Source: Cyanophora paradoxa CCMP329 | Taxonomy: Eukaryota > Plantae > Glaucophyta | Length of the DNA stretch: 64,000 bases | Direction of reading: 5' to 3' | Assembly: GCA_004431415.1 (NCBI GenBank) | Contig: QPMI01000439.1 | Span: forward strand, 434,001 to 498,000 | In this document: piece after piece, positions 1 through 13,803 of the stretch | Layout of the letters: each line of letters begins with the position of its first letter | How positions within the stretch are numbered: position 1 is the stretch's first letter | The notes under the pieces: generated by a model | What the model saw: only the letters and a program-made list of their open reading frames with translations | Database searches by the model: none | Told to the model about the DNA's origin: nothing | Program-made: the position numbers and the translations under genes

Positions 1-199
1 CCGACGAATTTGAACCAATCCAATTTATTTTTATATTTCAATGGCAGGAAGCTGCAGTACAAAAAGCAGGCGGACCATGCCCTGGGAGATAGACCGTTTC
101 TGGAACCGGACGGCCGCCTGAAACGCACTCCAAGCGTCCTGGCACGTTGCGGGCTCGCCGCAAGCGCCCCACTGCGACAAAGAAATGAACGAAAGAAAA

Positions 200-1650
200 G
201 AGTTTTTCACATTATATATCGCACCGTCGCCAGGATGACGAGCCCCTCTTCGCTCGCGAGCGCCCCGCGGACGACGCCCCGTCCCTCGTCGATGAGGGCC
301 GTCGCCAGGTCCACGGCGTCGTGCAGGCGGCGGCGCGAACTCTGCGCGCAGTGCCGCTGGATCGATCCGGGATCCTTTGAAAGTACACAGCGCATGCAAA
401 TGCTAGCGAAACGAATTTCGAACCTCCCGGAAGGCGTCATCGGTCGACTCCAGGCCGTTTTCCGAGAAGCAGGTGATGTGCAGGCAAGCGCATACCACCT
501 TTCGCAGCCCGCAAGTAGGCCTACGGACGCGTACGTCGACGTGCAAATGTTGAGGAATTTAAATTTACACAACAAACGCATTCAGCTGGAGGGACGCACC
601 ACTCTCCGCTCTCCTCCATCGCGCGAAGGTCGCGCGGCAGCGCTTGGATGATGGAACGTCGCTCGAGTTCGTTTTCGGCCTCGGAAGCCGAAGCCGATCG
701 CGATCGCGAGGAGGCACCGGCGCCAAACTTCGAGTCCTTTTGATCGTCGCCTACACTCAGCGGCAGGACGCGCGAGCCGTGCCTGAACGAGGCCCGGACC
801 GCCTTGAGCGCGTCGATTACGAGGCTCCTCCGTCGCGTCGACACGCCGGCCGAGGCATTCGAATTCGACAGCGACCAGCGCGGCGTGCTGGACGGGCCGT
901 GGCCAGGCTCGGCGCCGGCGCCGGCGCCGGCCGCGAGCTGCGGCATCTTGAAGAGGGCGTAGCCGTCGTGGTAGCGGACCCCGCCACTCCCTCCCATAGC
1001 GACGAGGCCATTGTCGGCGATTCGGGCCACCTGCCATGGCCACGAGTAATGAGAAATGTATGAGGGGCGAGTGATCATGATGATGGCGAGCTCGAGGGCG
1101 CCGGGACTCGGACCTCGGGTGCGAGGCAGAGGCAGCGCTGGCTGTGGTTCTGGACGAGGGCCGCGCACCGAGCCAACCGGGGCACGAAGCCGCCGATCAC
1201 AGCCACGCGGTTCGGCCCCAACGGAAGCGGGATGAGCTCCCCGGCCGCAATGGAGATTCTGCACGCAAGAAAGACAAATCAGACGTCCTTCCCAGTGAAT
1301 TATAATGAATACATTCCTATTAATATCTCGTGCAACCGAGTCGAACCGACGCACTTGAACTCCAACTGCACGTGTGCTTCTCCTGGAATCTCTAGATCGT
1401 GTTCAGGGCCGCTTGTTGGCGTGCCCACGCTTTCGGACAGAAGTGCGACCGCGAATCGCGTCGCGGTCCGGCAGGCCTCGTCCCGAGGGTCCGCCTGCGC
1501 CTGCACCCTCGCGTCGTCTGTGCTCGGGTAGAAACAGACCCACACAGCGTCGCCTGCTTGCGATGTGAAACAGGCTCTCAGCTGCAGATAATACAATATT
1601 GATGGAATAAAAAAAGCTGAGCTTGCCAAGGATTGATTGGACGTCGCCAC
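200..1650 (-). CDS. Probable exons of an unidentified host gene
   Basis: GC-rich minus-strand segments give protein-like translations (e.g. LHDAVDLATALIDEGRGVVRGAL, YPSTDDARVQAQADPRDEAC) separated by AT-richer intron-like stretches. No recognisable domain. Confidence 0.25.
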
Positions 1651-3005
1651 CGAAAGATCTCGCGCATCGCACTATGGCTCCGGCACCAATTCGGACGCTG
1701 CGTACGCCAAAGCCGGCCTGTGCGTTGCCTCCCCCGAAAACCGTGCCTGCGCCTCCAGAGCAGATTCTGACGAGAACGACGGCGCCAACGCCCGGGGGGG
1801 CCGATCGGGATCGCGACGCTGCCTGGCCATGCATATGGACCGACGCCGTGTGCAATCGCGATCGGCTGCCGGCGCCGCCAGCGCCGCCAGCGCGAAACAG
1901 GCGCTCGAAATGGGAGCAAAGGCCCCATCCCGGCTGGTTGGACCAGCAGAGACGATTCTGCAGCTGGCCCCGGGCCAGCGGACGCGACAGCGTCGCAATC
2001 AACGGGCGTGGGCTGTCGACGGCGGCTTGGACGTGGTCCCGTCCGCCGGCCGCGGCTGCAGCCGTACGCGTGGCGTCGAAACTGCCTCTCTCTGCCCCCG
2101 ACTGCCCCCCGGCATTCGAATTCGCGAGGACATGTGTATGTGTACATGTGATGGTTGTCATTGTAAACCTGCATGCAGCTGATCACTGAGTCATGACGAT
2201 GACTCGAGCTCGGTGAGCATTTATATGCACCCTAGGGCTGCACATATATACGTATGCATACTGATTTATATATAAAGCATGCGCAGACGAACCGGAAGTA
2301 CGAGGGGGAGGTTCAGCTGCAGCGCGTTTGAGTTTGTATGTACGCGTGCATATGCATGTGTGTCACAGTGTGTGCGTATACATGTACATTATACGTGTAT
2401 GTCTGCGGATGCGGCACCAGGACGGCCGACGCCGGCGCCGCGGCCGCGATCGATATATAATATATAGATATATATGTCGTGAGGCCGCGAGCTTTCAAGT
2501 TTGCGCGCGAAGCTGTTTATACGAATATCCGCGGCCGCTGCGCATTCGAATTCACAGATGCGGGTGCGCTGCAGCTGGCCATGGCGATGTTCACGATGTC
2601 GATCCGCATGCGCATGCGCATTACGCGTGCGCGTACCGTACGGCGGCGGCGGCGGCCGTCGGACCTATCATAGTATATATTTCCCGTGCTAGCGTACTAG
2701 GCTAGTAGCTATACATTGCTAAACGTATGATGTATACAGAGTCATATTACAGACTCTAGATCTACCGTAGTACGATGCCGAGACGACCGCGCCAGCAAGC
2801 TCACTGAGTCAGGCGGCGAGTCACTGCCAAGCAGTGCCAACTGTGCCAACTGTGCGGCGAGTCTGTGCCATGCTGCCCATGCACTGCGGCACTGCGGCAC
2901 TGCGGAGTCTGCGGCACTCAGTGACTAGTACCGGTACTCAGTGACTGGCAGTCTGGCACTAGTACTGCAGCTGCGACCGTCGGACATGCGCACGGCCGCG
3001 TAGTA

Positions 3006-3235
3006 CCGTGTAATACTTATTTACTGCGCCACAAATTACTGCGTTCCAAATTTTCTGCGCCGGTAGGCGCTTTACTGCGCTACCAAATTACTGCGTTCCA
3101 TCGGCCTCGAAAATGCATTATTTGTTAGCAAAGGGGGTATTACTGCGCTTCCAAATTACTGCGTTCTAAAAATTTTGAGCGCAGTAATATGGTAGCGCAG
3201 TAGTTATGTCGGCGCGGTAATTAAGTATTACACGG
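3006..3235. mobile_element. MITE, Tc1/mariner-pogo (Tc2-like) type
   Basis: TIR CCGTGTAATACTTA (3006-3019) / TAAGTATTACACGG (3222-3235), TA on both sides, internal TTACTGCG repeats, non-coding. Confidence 0.8.
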
Positions 3236-3741
3236 TAGGTCCGGTAGACTGCGGTAGTACCGGTAGCCTAGTAGGTCCGGACCGTCCGGTACCCGGCCCG
3301 GTGACCCGGGCCACCCGGCGCCGCGCACGGTGGCGGTGATTCGCCGGTGAATTCGAATCGCGGGTGAATCGCCAGTGATTCCTGTGAAGCGACTCTTCAC
3401 AGTGTTTTTAGTGTTGATCGGCGGACCGACGTCGACGCCGGTTTCTCGAGTTTTTTTCCCTTCGAGGTTTCGAATCGCGTAGCGAAAAAAACGAGGATTC
3501 GGCTCCGACTCCTCCGAGCCACCGACGTCCGACGGTCAACTCCGGAGGCTCGGTTCCCGGCGGGGCCCGATCGCGAACAATGACGAACATTGGTCGGATC
3601 ATGATCATCGGATGTGCCACCACTGCGCATGCCACGTGCACGGTGCACGGTGCCCAGTGCCCACTGCCCAGTGCCCAATACCGTGTAACGGTGTAAGTAC
3701 GGTGTAAGTTAACCGTGTAATTAAGTACACTTATTTACGTA

Positions 3742-4012
3742 CCGTAAAACACTTAAGTAATGCGCCGGTAAGTAATGCGTTTTTGGACCCGAACCCCCAG
3801 TACGGTTCATTATGCGCCCCCGAATTAATGCGTTTTGAAGCCTTCTGGCTGCATGAGGGGGGTACATACCGCAGTTTTCTTAGCGCCGGCTTAGCGCTTG
3901 GATATTAATGCGCCCCCAAATTAATGCGTTTTGCCAGCGGAAAACGCATTATTTCGGGACCGCATTACTTAAGTCACAAGTTAAGTGCCCGCATTACTTA
4001 AGTGTTTTACGG
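3742..4012. mobile_element. Second pogo/Tc2-like MITE, nested inside a degenerate copy of the first
   Basis: Perfect 23-bp TIR CCGTAAAACACTTAAGTAATGCG (3742-3764 / 3990-4012) with flanking TA. Sequence at ~3714-3740 and ~4015-4170 matches the 3006-3235 element. Confidence 0.85.
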
Positions 4013-4214
4013 TATACTGCGCCACAGCACCTTGGGGGCCGCAGCATCGCGATCGGCCTCGAAAATATATTATTTGTTAGCAAAGGGGGTAATATTTAAT
4101 ACTGCGCTACCAAATTACTGCGTTCTAAAATTTTTGAGCGCAGTGCCACGGTGATATGGTAGCGCACGGCGCAGTACAGTGTACGTATACGTAGTAGTTA
4201 CACGAACTGCCCAT

Positions 4215-4625
4215 CAGTGTTGCTGAAATTTTATTATCCCAAAATGCCCTGTAAATTTTCAGTAAACTTTCGAAAACTTTCAGCAAATGTATCTTTGCCG
4301 TTCTTTCAGTAAATGAGGTGCAGATGTATCTTTGCCGTTCTTTTCACGTTGGGGAGGGGGGTACGGTTCCTGAAAAATGCATACTCTGGTCTCTTGACAC
4401 CAGCAGAGACCGCCAGAATGTGTGGCCCTCGTTTATGGCCCTCGTTTCGACGGATTTGACCCTCGTTTATGGCGTGAAACGCCCCCAGAATGGCCTCTTC
4501 AACGGTACCCCCCTTACAAATTTATTGAAAGTTTTCATTGCTCATTTTGGAGGTGAAAATTTACTGAAAATTTACATGAAAATTTTCAAGTTGAAAGTTT
4601 GGAAAGTGAAAGTTTAGCATCACTG
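4215..4625. mobile_element. Non-autonomous hAT-type element
   Basis: Imperfect TIR CAGTGTTGCTGAAATTT / AAAGTTTAGCATCACTG and an exact 8-bp target-site duplication CTGCCCAT (4207-4214, 4626-4633); AT-rich interior. Confidence 0.85.
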
Positions 4626-4796
4626 CTGCCCATGGCCACGTGCTTTGCACTGCCGCAGTGCATGCGCGCAGGCTGCAGCCTGTATGCGCAGCTGCCCACT
4701 GCACGCGCGGCAGTGCCCGCTGCCCACTGCCCACTACATAGCGATACCGGTACGTACACATACCAAATGTGATAAGCAGGCTATAAATAGCTATAG

Positions 4797-6873
4797 CTAG
4801 CGGGGGCCGGCGCCGACGAGGAGGGCCGCCGCCTCTAGATCTTCGATCTCGAGCTGGTCCTCCCCCACGGCCACGACGGGTACCGCGGCCGCGAGCTCGG
4901 GGGCCCGCCTCTCCAGCTCCTTGAGCTTCACCTGCGTAAGATTCGAGTCAGCCTGGCAGTAACTATGTGTATATATACTGCTCTAATTCTAGTTACTGTA
5001 TAGTCTATACCGTAACTACTAGGCTATACCGTAGTACGTCAGTTCGAGAGCGTGAAGCTTAAGTCTAAGTGCGGCGGTTCGGGTTCGAACCGGGGTGGGG
5101 CCCTCCGCCTTCATGATCAGGTCGTCGCCCGAGAGCGAGGGCGCCACGCGGCAGGCCCCAGCGCGGGAGGGCCCGAGGGCGGCGCCGGCATCGGGGAGGC
5201 GTATGTCGATGTCGAGTTGGTCGTCGGGAGAGGCGACGGGCTCGTCCTGCGGACGCCGCCGTCAGCGGACTCCCGGGAGTTCCCCGCCCGATCCAGATCC
5301 AGACTCCAGAGCGAGGCTGACTCCCGGCAGGGAAAGCGACCTCGCAGCGGGAAGCTAAGCATGGCTCTCAAAGACAGCGAAACCGCTCATCGGTTCCCTT
5401 GAAACCGCTCATTGGTTCCCTTATAATTATAAAAAGGCAGGCGCCGGCTTGCGCCCTGGGCTCTTTCTCGTCCTTATCTCGGTCCCGGCCAATCTAGATC
5501 TCAACGGCGCGCCGGTCGCCGCCGGAGGCAAGGCGGGGCGGGGGAGGAGCGCGAGGTCGATATATGTCGGGTCCGCGCCCTATATATAGCTATATATAGC
5601 TCGGCCCATCTAGATCTCAACGTTAACGGCGCGCCGGTCGCCGCCGGAGGCGAGGCGGGGGAGGAGCGCGAGGTCGCCGCTTTTTAGGTGAGAAAGGCAG
5701 TGGATAGGATCGAGAGCACTGACCGCGCCAGCGGAGGCGGGCGGCGGTACCGGTGTCCCCTCTAATATAATAGGCGCCCCGGACCGGAGATCTAATAGAG
5801 CGCGCATGCGCATGCGCAGCGCCGGTGCCGGAGGCGATCTAGACTAGATCTAGATCTAGACTAGACGCGAGCCCGAGCTCCAGGCGCGGTCGACGGCGCA
5901 CCGGCCGCCGCCGCCGGTGCCGGAGGCGATCTAGACTAGATCTAGATCTGGACTCAGCCGTTCTAGATCTAGACTAGACGCGAGCCGGAGCTCCAGGCGT
6001 CTAGACGAGGACCGCTCAGCGGCTCTGGATCCCGGACTAAACTCGAGCTCGCCCTCCATAATATATGTCGGGCGCCCGGCCGGCGCCCTATAGCTATAGC
6101 TATATATATATATAGCGCCCTAGTACGGTTTTGGGCCCGGCGAAACGGCACCGGCGCACCGGTCGCCGGTGCCGGAGGCGAGGCGAGCGAGGAGGTCTGC
6201 CGAGGCCAGCAGCATGCTCCCCTTCCTCTGCGCGCGGGGCGGCCGACGTCGTCGACGTCAGCGTCGCTCGAGCACAAAACGTTCTACATCTCGCGATCGG
6301 TTCGCTGCTTGTCTAAGCCTTCGAGTTCATGATAAGGTTCGACGCTTGTTGAAGCCTTAATTAACGGTAATGACAATGATATCGATCTTGTTTGCCAAGT
6401 TGGGCAAGAAGCTTAAGGGGGCCCAAGGAGGAAGCTCAAGCTCGCTCGCCTGCAGAACGCCGCGGGCGCGCTCGGCGGGCTTCAGAGCCGCCGGGTTCGC
6501 CTTCTTCAGCGCCTCCGCCTGCGGCCCGTGCCCGTCCGTCATTGGCATCGAACTCGAGGCCCCGAACTATGGGGCAGCCCCAAAGCTTTAAGCTTGTGTA
6601 GCGATATCGATACATATATAGAGATAATAACTCAAAAGTATGATCCGTAATGTTAGGTCCGGATCCGGGTAGCGCTAGCTTAGCGCTCGCTTAGCGCTCG
6701 CTCGCCTGCTCGGTCGCGGCGACGATGCGCCCGACCGCCTCGTTCAGCTTGCCGAGCGTCGCCCCGACAGAATCTGAGGGGGACAAGCTAAAGGTGAGCG
6801 GAGTCGAAGACCGAACTTTCGATCCAAGCTTGAAGCATCTTCCGAGTTTAATTATAATTTCAAGCATCTCCAA
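4797..6873 (-). CDS. Probable minus-strand exons (3' extension of the patatin gene or a separate gene)
   Basis: GC-rich exon-like blocks (GATLGKLNEAVGRIVAATEQ; QAEALKKANPAALKPAER; VKLKELERRAPELAAAV) between repeat-rich introns. Confidence 0.35.
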
Positions 6874-7079
6874 GCTTAAACATCTTCTAATCTATAATTA
6901 TATAAGGTTCGAGCATCTCGTCATCTCGTACGATTATGGCGGTGACGGCGATCATGAGCGGAGATTAGATCAAAGACCGAACTTCGGATCCAAGCTTAAA
7001 TTAAACATCCTCTTCTAATTATATAAGTCTCAAGCATCCCATCATCTCGAACGGATATAAATAGATGTATGCGTGCCTG

Positions 7080-9274
7080 CTTCTCGGTGCTGCGGGCCCA
7101 CAGGTCCAGCGTCGTGTGCCGCGCGTCCGCGAAGCTGTCCATCCCTGTACCCCCGGCCCCGGACCCGGTCCGCGCGCGAGTTGGGTACAGGGGGATACAA
7201 GGATAGGAAAGGCGGGTACAACGCCGACGTCGACGGCGCCGCTGGCGCATGCGCACCGTCCGGCAGCATGGGAGAGAATCGGTAGAACTGGGGGGGGGGG
7301 GGGGGGGGGTAGCGTCAGATAGCGCCCCGTACCCCCGGCTTCCAGAGGAGGGGTACGGGTGTGGTGCGCACGTTGTCCCTCAGGATCGAATCCATCATCT
7401 GGTTGGTCATGTCGCTGCTGCCGTCCATGATGCAGCTGCGCGCCGGTGCGGGGGGGGGGGGGGGTACGCGGGCGTGAGCTTGAGATCGGGTCGGGGGTTA
7501 CGCAGCCGGGGCCGTTACTCGAGCATGGGGTGGATCCACCTGCGGAGGAACGGTCAGCAGCGACTTGGCCAATTGGGCTGCTGGTACATAGGGAAGGGGG
7601 GGGGGGGGGGCGGGGGGGGGAGGGGGGGAGGGGGTGGAGGGGGTGCCGAGGGGGCTGCGCTCACTTGAGCAGACTCCACTTGGATACCGCGTCGTGGTGG
7701 TAGGGGGTATCGCAGCTGCGCGGCGGTACGCGTCAGCCCGGACCGACTACGGGGTGGGTCGATTCCGAAGCGCACTTTCCAGTACCCAACGACACAACCA
7801 CGATCTCGCGCCCTGCGCAGCCCAAAGGCCGATGTAAGCTCGGGGAGATGGGTACCGGTGGAGGGGTTTCAAGCATCGACGGGCTTACCGGGGTACAGCT
7901 TCGACGCCTCGAACCAGCCGACTGGGGGGGTACGCGCATGCGTATGCACGGTCAGAGGAGGAGAGGCGCGGGGGTACGCGCCGCTCACGGAGGGCAGGGT
8001 TGTTCGCCTGCAAGATGCGGGCTACAGCATCAAACATCGATGTACCCCAAATGCGGGCAATACCGCGCGCACCACCATGCCCCCGTCCACAAAAGTCGAG
8101 TACCCCCTCTGCCGGTAGACCAGCGGCATCTTGATCTTGTGGGGGGGAAGGAACCCGGGCGCCGCGGTTGTCGCCTGCGCGGGCACACCTCGGGTTCGAA
8201 TCCAGGCAGGTCTGTTCAAGACGACTTTGAAGCATTCCGCGTACCCTCCCGACGTCGTAGAGGGTATGATCGTGCGTGTCGGGAAACTCCTTTGCGCGCC
8301 TGCACCGAAAGGAAGGGCCGGCGCCCCGCGATAAGATATCCGTACCCCATCGAGCGTTCCCCCCTGCCCTGCCCCGGTACCCCCACCTGCTCTTGAAGTA
8401 GTGTGGTTCGCGCTGCTCGAGGTTGTAGGAAACGACCTGCGGGGGTACAGGCACCTGAGCCGCCTGGGATCGGGGGTACGCTGTTCCCGCGCACCAGCAC
8501 ATCCGTGACGCAGTCCGAGAGCTTCAGGTCGGTTCCGAAGAGGCCCTTCATGAATCCGTGTACCCCCTTCTCGCCTGCGCGGGGCGGCCGGGGCTGAGGG
8601 TGTGTGTGAAGACACGGGGGTATCGCTGCGCACCGTACACAGAGCCGCCGCGAAGCTGCCGAAGCAGCCGCTGGGCACGACTTCGCGGGCGCGGGAAGAC
8701 TTTGTGGCCCCTGCACGACCCATCTTGAGCACGGCGGCAGAGCCGCTGGCCTAGAACACCTAACAGCGGCGCAGCGCACACCGATCATAGAGCATCTGGA
8801 TCTGCGGGGCGCGGGGGACGCTCGGCTCAGTGGTTTTGAAGCGATAGTTAGCTAGCCAAGGGTGCGCACGTGTTTCTCGACGTCGCCCACGTACTTGCCG
8901 TCCTTGTCCTGCGCACGCGAGGCGGGGCCGCGGGCTCAAGACTCGATGACGCAGCGAGCTCGCTGCGAGGGAGCAGCGCGCCTTGCACGTCAGGCCCAGC
9001 GCGGTGATTCCGCCGGCGCTCGTGCCCACAATCAGATCGAAGAGCTCCGCTATTGGCTGCGCTCGGGCGCCGGATCGGAGTCGGCCACCGGCTGATCTGG
9101 TGGAAGGCAATGGAAGCGAAGCGCGTCGCGCACCTTTTTGGCGCGTTTCTCGATGTACGAAAGCATCTTCAGGAGGCAGATGCCCCGGAGCCCGCCGCCG
9201 TCCAACGAGAGGACCCGGACGGGCGGGAGCGCGCCAGCGTCCGCGGCCGGGCCGGAGGCGGTCGCTTTATCCAT
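7080..9274 (-). CDS. Host patatin-like phospholipase (multi-exon)
   Basis: Exons give RVLSLDGGGLRG (oxyanion loop), FDLIVGTSAGG (GxSxG), ATTAAPGFLPP, FVDGGMV..ANNP, VVSLGTG and MDGSSDMTNQMM. 3' boundary approximate. Confidence 0.9.
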
Positions 9275-9820
9275 CGGGAATCAACGAATGCCGAACGATT
9301 CCGTGGCCGATCGCTGGCGCCTGCAGATACAGCCGAAAGGCGAGCTGCGCCGACAGCTCCGAGTCGGGCTCTACGCGATCCGCGGAGGCTCGATCTTTCT
9401 CCCCATGCCCACGCGCACTCTCTTTAGCGTTTCAAGGACACAAAGGCCCCACGGCAGGCGACTGGCGCTTGTCGGTTTTCGCCCGTCGAAGAGACAGTCG
9501 GATTCAATGGCTGGAGAAGGCGGTGAGGCCCTTAGCTCTACTATTAGAACGGGACTAGCTCCGCGCGTCGCTGCGTGCGCTCCGGGGACGCGCTTCTTTA
9601 GGTCGCACGCTCGCGTACCCCGTCAGTCGCGACCAACGCCGACCATCGACCTGCGATCCTGGCGTTCTCGGCTGGCGCCCGGGCGTTCTTCGGACGTCGC
9701 CCCGTCCCAGCGACCTTTACAGGCCACCGGCAAGCGCTCCGGTGCCCAGTCGGCGCGGCGAGGGCGCAGAGCACGGCATCGGCGCCCAGCGAGCGCACGC
9801 TGTCGGCCGGGCATCGGAAG

Positions 9821-12658
9821 ATGGTAGCCAAGCTAAGACTCGGGTACGCGTGCATCAACGAGCTCCTGAAAGAGCAGGGTGAGCGCTTCGCCATTTTCTA
9901 GAAAGCTCGATCGCAAGGACCAAGCGCAAAGCGAGCTAGGCGCGCTCTAGAAGTTCGCACTTCGCGCGTATGCGGGCGCCTCGGCCCCGCGCGATCGTTC
10001 CACCGCGCGCGTGCCTCCCCACGCGTACGCTGACCCTGGGATTGCCACGCGCGTGCAGATATCCGAGCGAACCGCACGCTGGTTCTAAAGACAATACATA
10101 AGGAGGGAGTCCAAGAGGCGAAGCGGCGGGCCCTTGCAAACGCGCGCCCGCCCCCGCCCGAGCTCAGTTTCCTTCCCGCGTTATCCTGACGCCCCGCATT
10201 GCAGGTGGCGGACCTGAAGCCCATCCTGGAGTGGAATGAAAGGCACGAGATTCGCTTCTTCCGTCTCGTGCGCCCAGCGCCGCCCAGCGCGAAGCTCCGG
10301 ATTTCATAGCCACCCGCGCTCACGTGCGCCACGTGCGCTCTCCTCGCAGGGCAGCGACCTCTTTCCCTTCGCTTCCCGTGCGCGCTCGCGCTGCGCCGCG
10401 TTTCCGCTGGAATCGAGGCTTGGCTTACGTTCGCGGCGCTCGCAGACAAGGAGGTCGGGTACGACGTCTCGTTCGCGGCCGCGGAGCTGCGGGAGGTCGG
10501 CGACCTTGCGAAGCGGCTCGGGCACCGCCTCACATCGCACCCGGTGTGCCACGCGCCGCCCGCATGCAGCTCGCGCAATTTGATCCCGGATTCGAATTCG
10601 ATCTCAGGGCCAGTACAACAACCTGACATCGCCCGAGTCGTGCGTTGATTGTACCCCGCTGCTGCAAGCAGAACTCTCGCCGCGGCGCGCCTGCTCACGC
10701 CCCCCACAGGAAGATCGTCGAGAATTCGATCCGCGAGCTGCAGTACCACGCCGACGTTTTCGACCTCATGGGCCTCGACGCGGTGCGGTACCCCCCCCCG
10801 CCGCTCCGTAAATCGCGTACCCTTACGTGCCGGGTACCTCTCAGGACTCTGTAATGGTCCTGCACGGCGGAGGGGCGTACGGGGATAAGAAGTCGGCCCT
10901 CGAGCGGTTCGAGCGCAACTTCCAGGCTCTACCCCCCTCCGTCGCCCGGCGGCTCGTCCTCGAGAACGACGAGTGCGGCGTCGTACCCCCCCCCCGGAAC
11001 CCGTCTTCGGCCGTACCCCACCGACCCCGTCCGCAGCAAAGTCTACAACGTCGAGGACCTCCTACCCCTCTGCGACCGGCTTGAGATCCCTTTGGGTCCG
11101 CCCCCCCCCCCCCCCCCACCCCCTTCCCCGTCCCCCTTCGAGTCCCATACCCCGGCACTGATCCTCCCCCCAGTGCTCGACTGGCACCACGACAAGTGCC
11201 TCCCCTCCTCGCAGCCCATAGCTGCCTACCTCGACGTGCGTACCCCCATCCCTTCCACCCCCCTCCCCCGCCATTCCTTTTCGCGGCACCTCCCTCCCCC
11301 TTGCTCGACCCATTGGTGATTGTACCCCCGCAGGACATCGCGCGGACGTGGACGCGGCGCGGGATCCGGCAGGTCGGCGCCCGTACCCCCCTCCCCCCCC
11401 CCCCGGGCCCGGAGGAAGTCTCACTCCGATCCCCCGCAGAAGCAACACCAGAGCGAGAGCGCGCCGGGCGCGAACCCCTGCGCCCACTCCGACTACGTCG
11501 AGGTATCCCCTACCCCTCCCCCCCCTCCCCCGCCGCTCTCATCGCCCGCCTGTTCGCTCGCCCGCGCAGGAGCTGCCGGCGCTCTGCCTGGGTACAGACG
11601 TCGACCTCATGATCGAGGCCAAGATGAAGGAGCAGGCGAGCGCTCCCCTATCTCGTACCCCCCTCCCCGTTTAGATCTCTGATCGCCGCGAGCAGGCGGT
11701 GCTGCACCTGTACCGGAAGAACCCCTGGCTGATCGACGGGGGGCTCTGGGCCCGCCTCGACGCCGAGCGAGCCTGGCCTGAGGTCCGACGCCCCGCCCCG
11801 CCCCGCCCCGCCTCGCCTTGCTCTAGTCCTGCGAGCGCTTTTCCTCGCTCGGCACTTCTTCTTTTTCTGAGGAGCGTTCGCCCGCCCGGTTCGCCCGCAG
11901 GTGAACGGGTTCCGGTACGGGGAGGTGCCCGAAGGCGAGGAGGGCGACGAGGATGAGTGCGAGCGAGCCGAGCGCTACGTCGAGAAGGTCTTCGTTTCCC
12001 TTTTCCTTTCGTTTTTGTTTTGTTTCCGTTTCTTATTTGTCGGGCAGGACGAGGAAGAGTACGCAGAGCGACGAAGGGCGAAGGGGCGAGGCGCCGGCGC
12101 CGGCGCGGGGCGACCGAAGCGGGGGAAGAAGGCGGAGGAGGTGGAGGCGGCGCCTGCAGAGAATTGCGGGAAGGAGGAGGAGGAGGAGGAGGCGGGGCGG
12201 GGCCGGAGGCGGACCCGTGCCAGGAGAACGCCGGCGGCCTCGAGCTCGAAGCCCGCCAAGCTCAAGCGGCGGGCGGCGGCCGAGGAGATGGAGGAGGGGC
12301 TGGGGGAGGGGGCGGGGGCCCCCGCGCGGCGGACGCGGGCCCGGACGGTGTCAGCGGCGGCGGCCCCGGCGGCGAGCCGGCGGAGGGGCAAGCGGGCGGC
12401 GGGCGAGGAGGAGGAGGAGGGGGTACGGCGACGGCGGCCGCGGAGGGGGCTGGTACCCCGGCGCGGGCGAAGCGGGCACGCTCGGCGGCGCCGGCCGTGC
12501 CGCAGACCGCGGCGCCGGCGCGGGGGCGGAAGCGGGGCCGAGGGGGGGCCGAGGCCGAGGGGGGGGAGGCCGGGGGGCTCGAGGGCCCGGAGGGGGGTAC
12601 AGCCGGCGGGCGGGCGGCGCTCTCCTCCTCGGCGCCGAGCTCGTCCGGCGAAGAGTAG
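9821..12658 (+). CDS. uve1: UV-damage endonuclease (UVDE/UvsE family), multi-exon, with a charged low-complexity C-terminal tail
   Basis: Exons read RLGYACIN, ILEWNERHEIRFFRL, SDLFPFAS, HRLTSHP-GQY, LQYHADVFDLMG, VLHGGGAYGDK, RLVLENDE, VLDWHH, AHSDYV and DLMIEAKMKEQ, the standard UVDE TIM-barrel motifs. End approximate. Confidence 0.93.
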
Positions 12659-13803
12659 TCTAGCTCCCGATCGAGGCCCTCGGGTAACTCGAATAATTAA
12701 TATCCGTTTTAATCTCTTTGTCCTTCATCTTTTCACGCGCGGAAGATCGCCGCCGCTGCACCGGATCCCGTAAAAGCTTGTACATCGCATGTATCATTAT
12801 GGCAGTTGGAGCTTGCTGTTTCAGCCTGCCAGGCTGTATGTGCGGACAGTGCGGTGTGGCCCAAGAGGCTATCGCTAGCCTGCGCCTGCGCATGCGCATG
12901 CGCGTGGCAGCGAAGCGGAAGGGCCCAGCTGCAGCGCTAACGCAAGCATGCCAAGTTGTGCAAGCGCTATAGCTACAAGCTACAGGCGCGCTCATGCGGC
13001 GAGTCGACGTCATGCCATGATGATCAGCGGCTAATTTTTTAATGGTCCGGCCGAGCCGCTGGAAAAGCCTGGAAACAGCGGCGCGTGGGGACTCACTGGG
13101 GAGGGGGGCAACCCCCTCCCTGCCTGGCCGGACCTATAGCTATCCGAGCAAATTTTTTTTATGATGATCAGCGGCTACTACGTATACGCCGGCTAGCGCC
13201 GAGCGCCGCAAATCGATACCGGTATACGTACCGGCGGGTATCGATGTCGATCGCCAGCCTGGGCAGCTAGAGTCGCCGAGTCGACGCAGACTCGTCGCAG
13301 AGTCGACGTCGACGTCGACGTCGAGGCTCGGTCGAGCTCGAGCTCGATCCACGAGCTCGAGCTGCGGCCCTGCGAGCGCTAGCCTAGCCCGGCCGCTGAG
13401 CCTAGCGGCGAGTCGCGATCGCGACAGCTCCGCCGGCGCCGGACCGCCGCGGGCCCGCGGCCCGCGGCCGATCGCGAGCGCCGCTGCTCCAGCCCTCCGA
13501 GTCTCCAACAGCAAACCGGCATCAGGGGGGTACACGGAAAGCAACCTATACAGGCAATGGAAAGCTCGGCTAGCTAAGCGCTCACGATCGGAATCATGTG
13601 TATGCCCCGCGCCGGCACCAGCGCCATCAGCAGCAGCAACGCAAGATAGTTTTTACACATAGCTGCGGGCCTGCGGCAGCGCTCTGGAAGGCTGAACGCG
13701 ATCCGGCGCGGCGCAGCGGTTGCATGACCAGCAGCTCGACCCGAGGGTCAGCAGTTGATCTCAGCTAGCGTTGTTCGGCATTAGCAGCTGAGCGTTGACC
13801 ACT

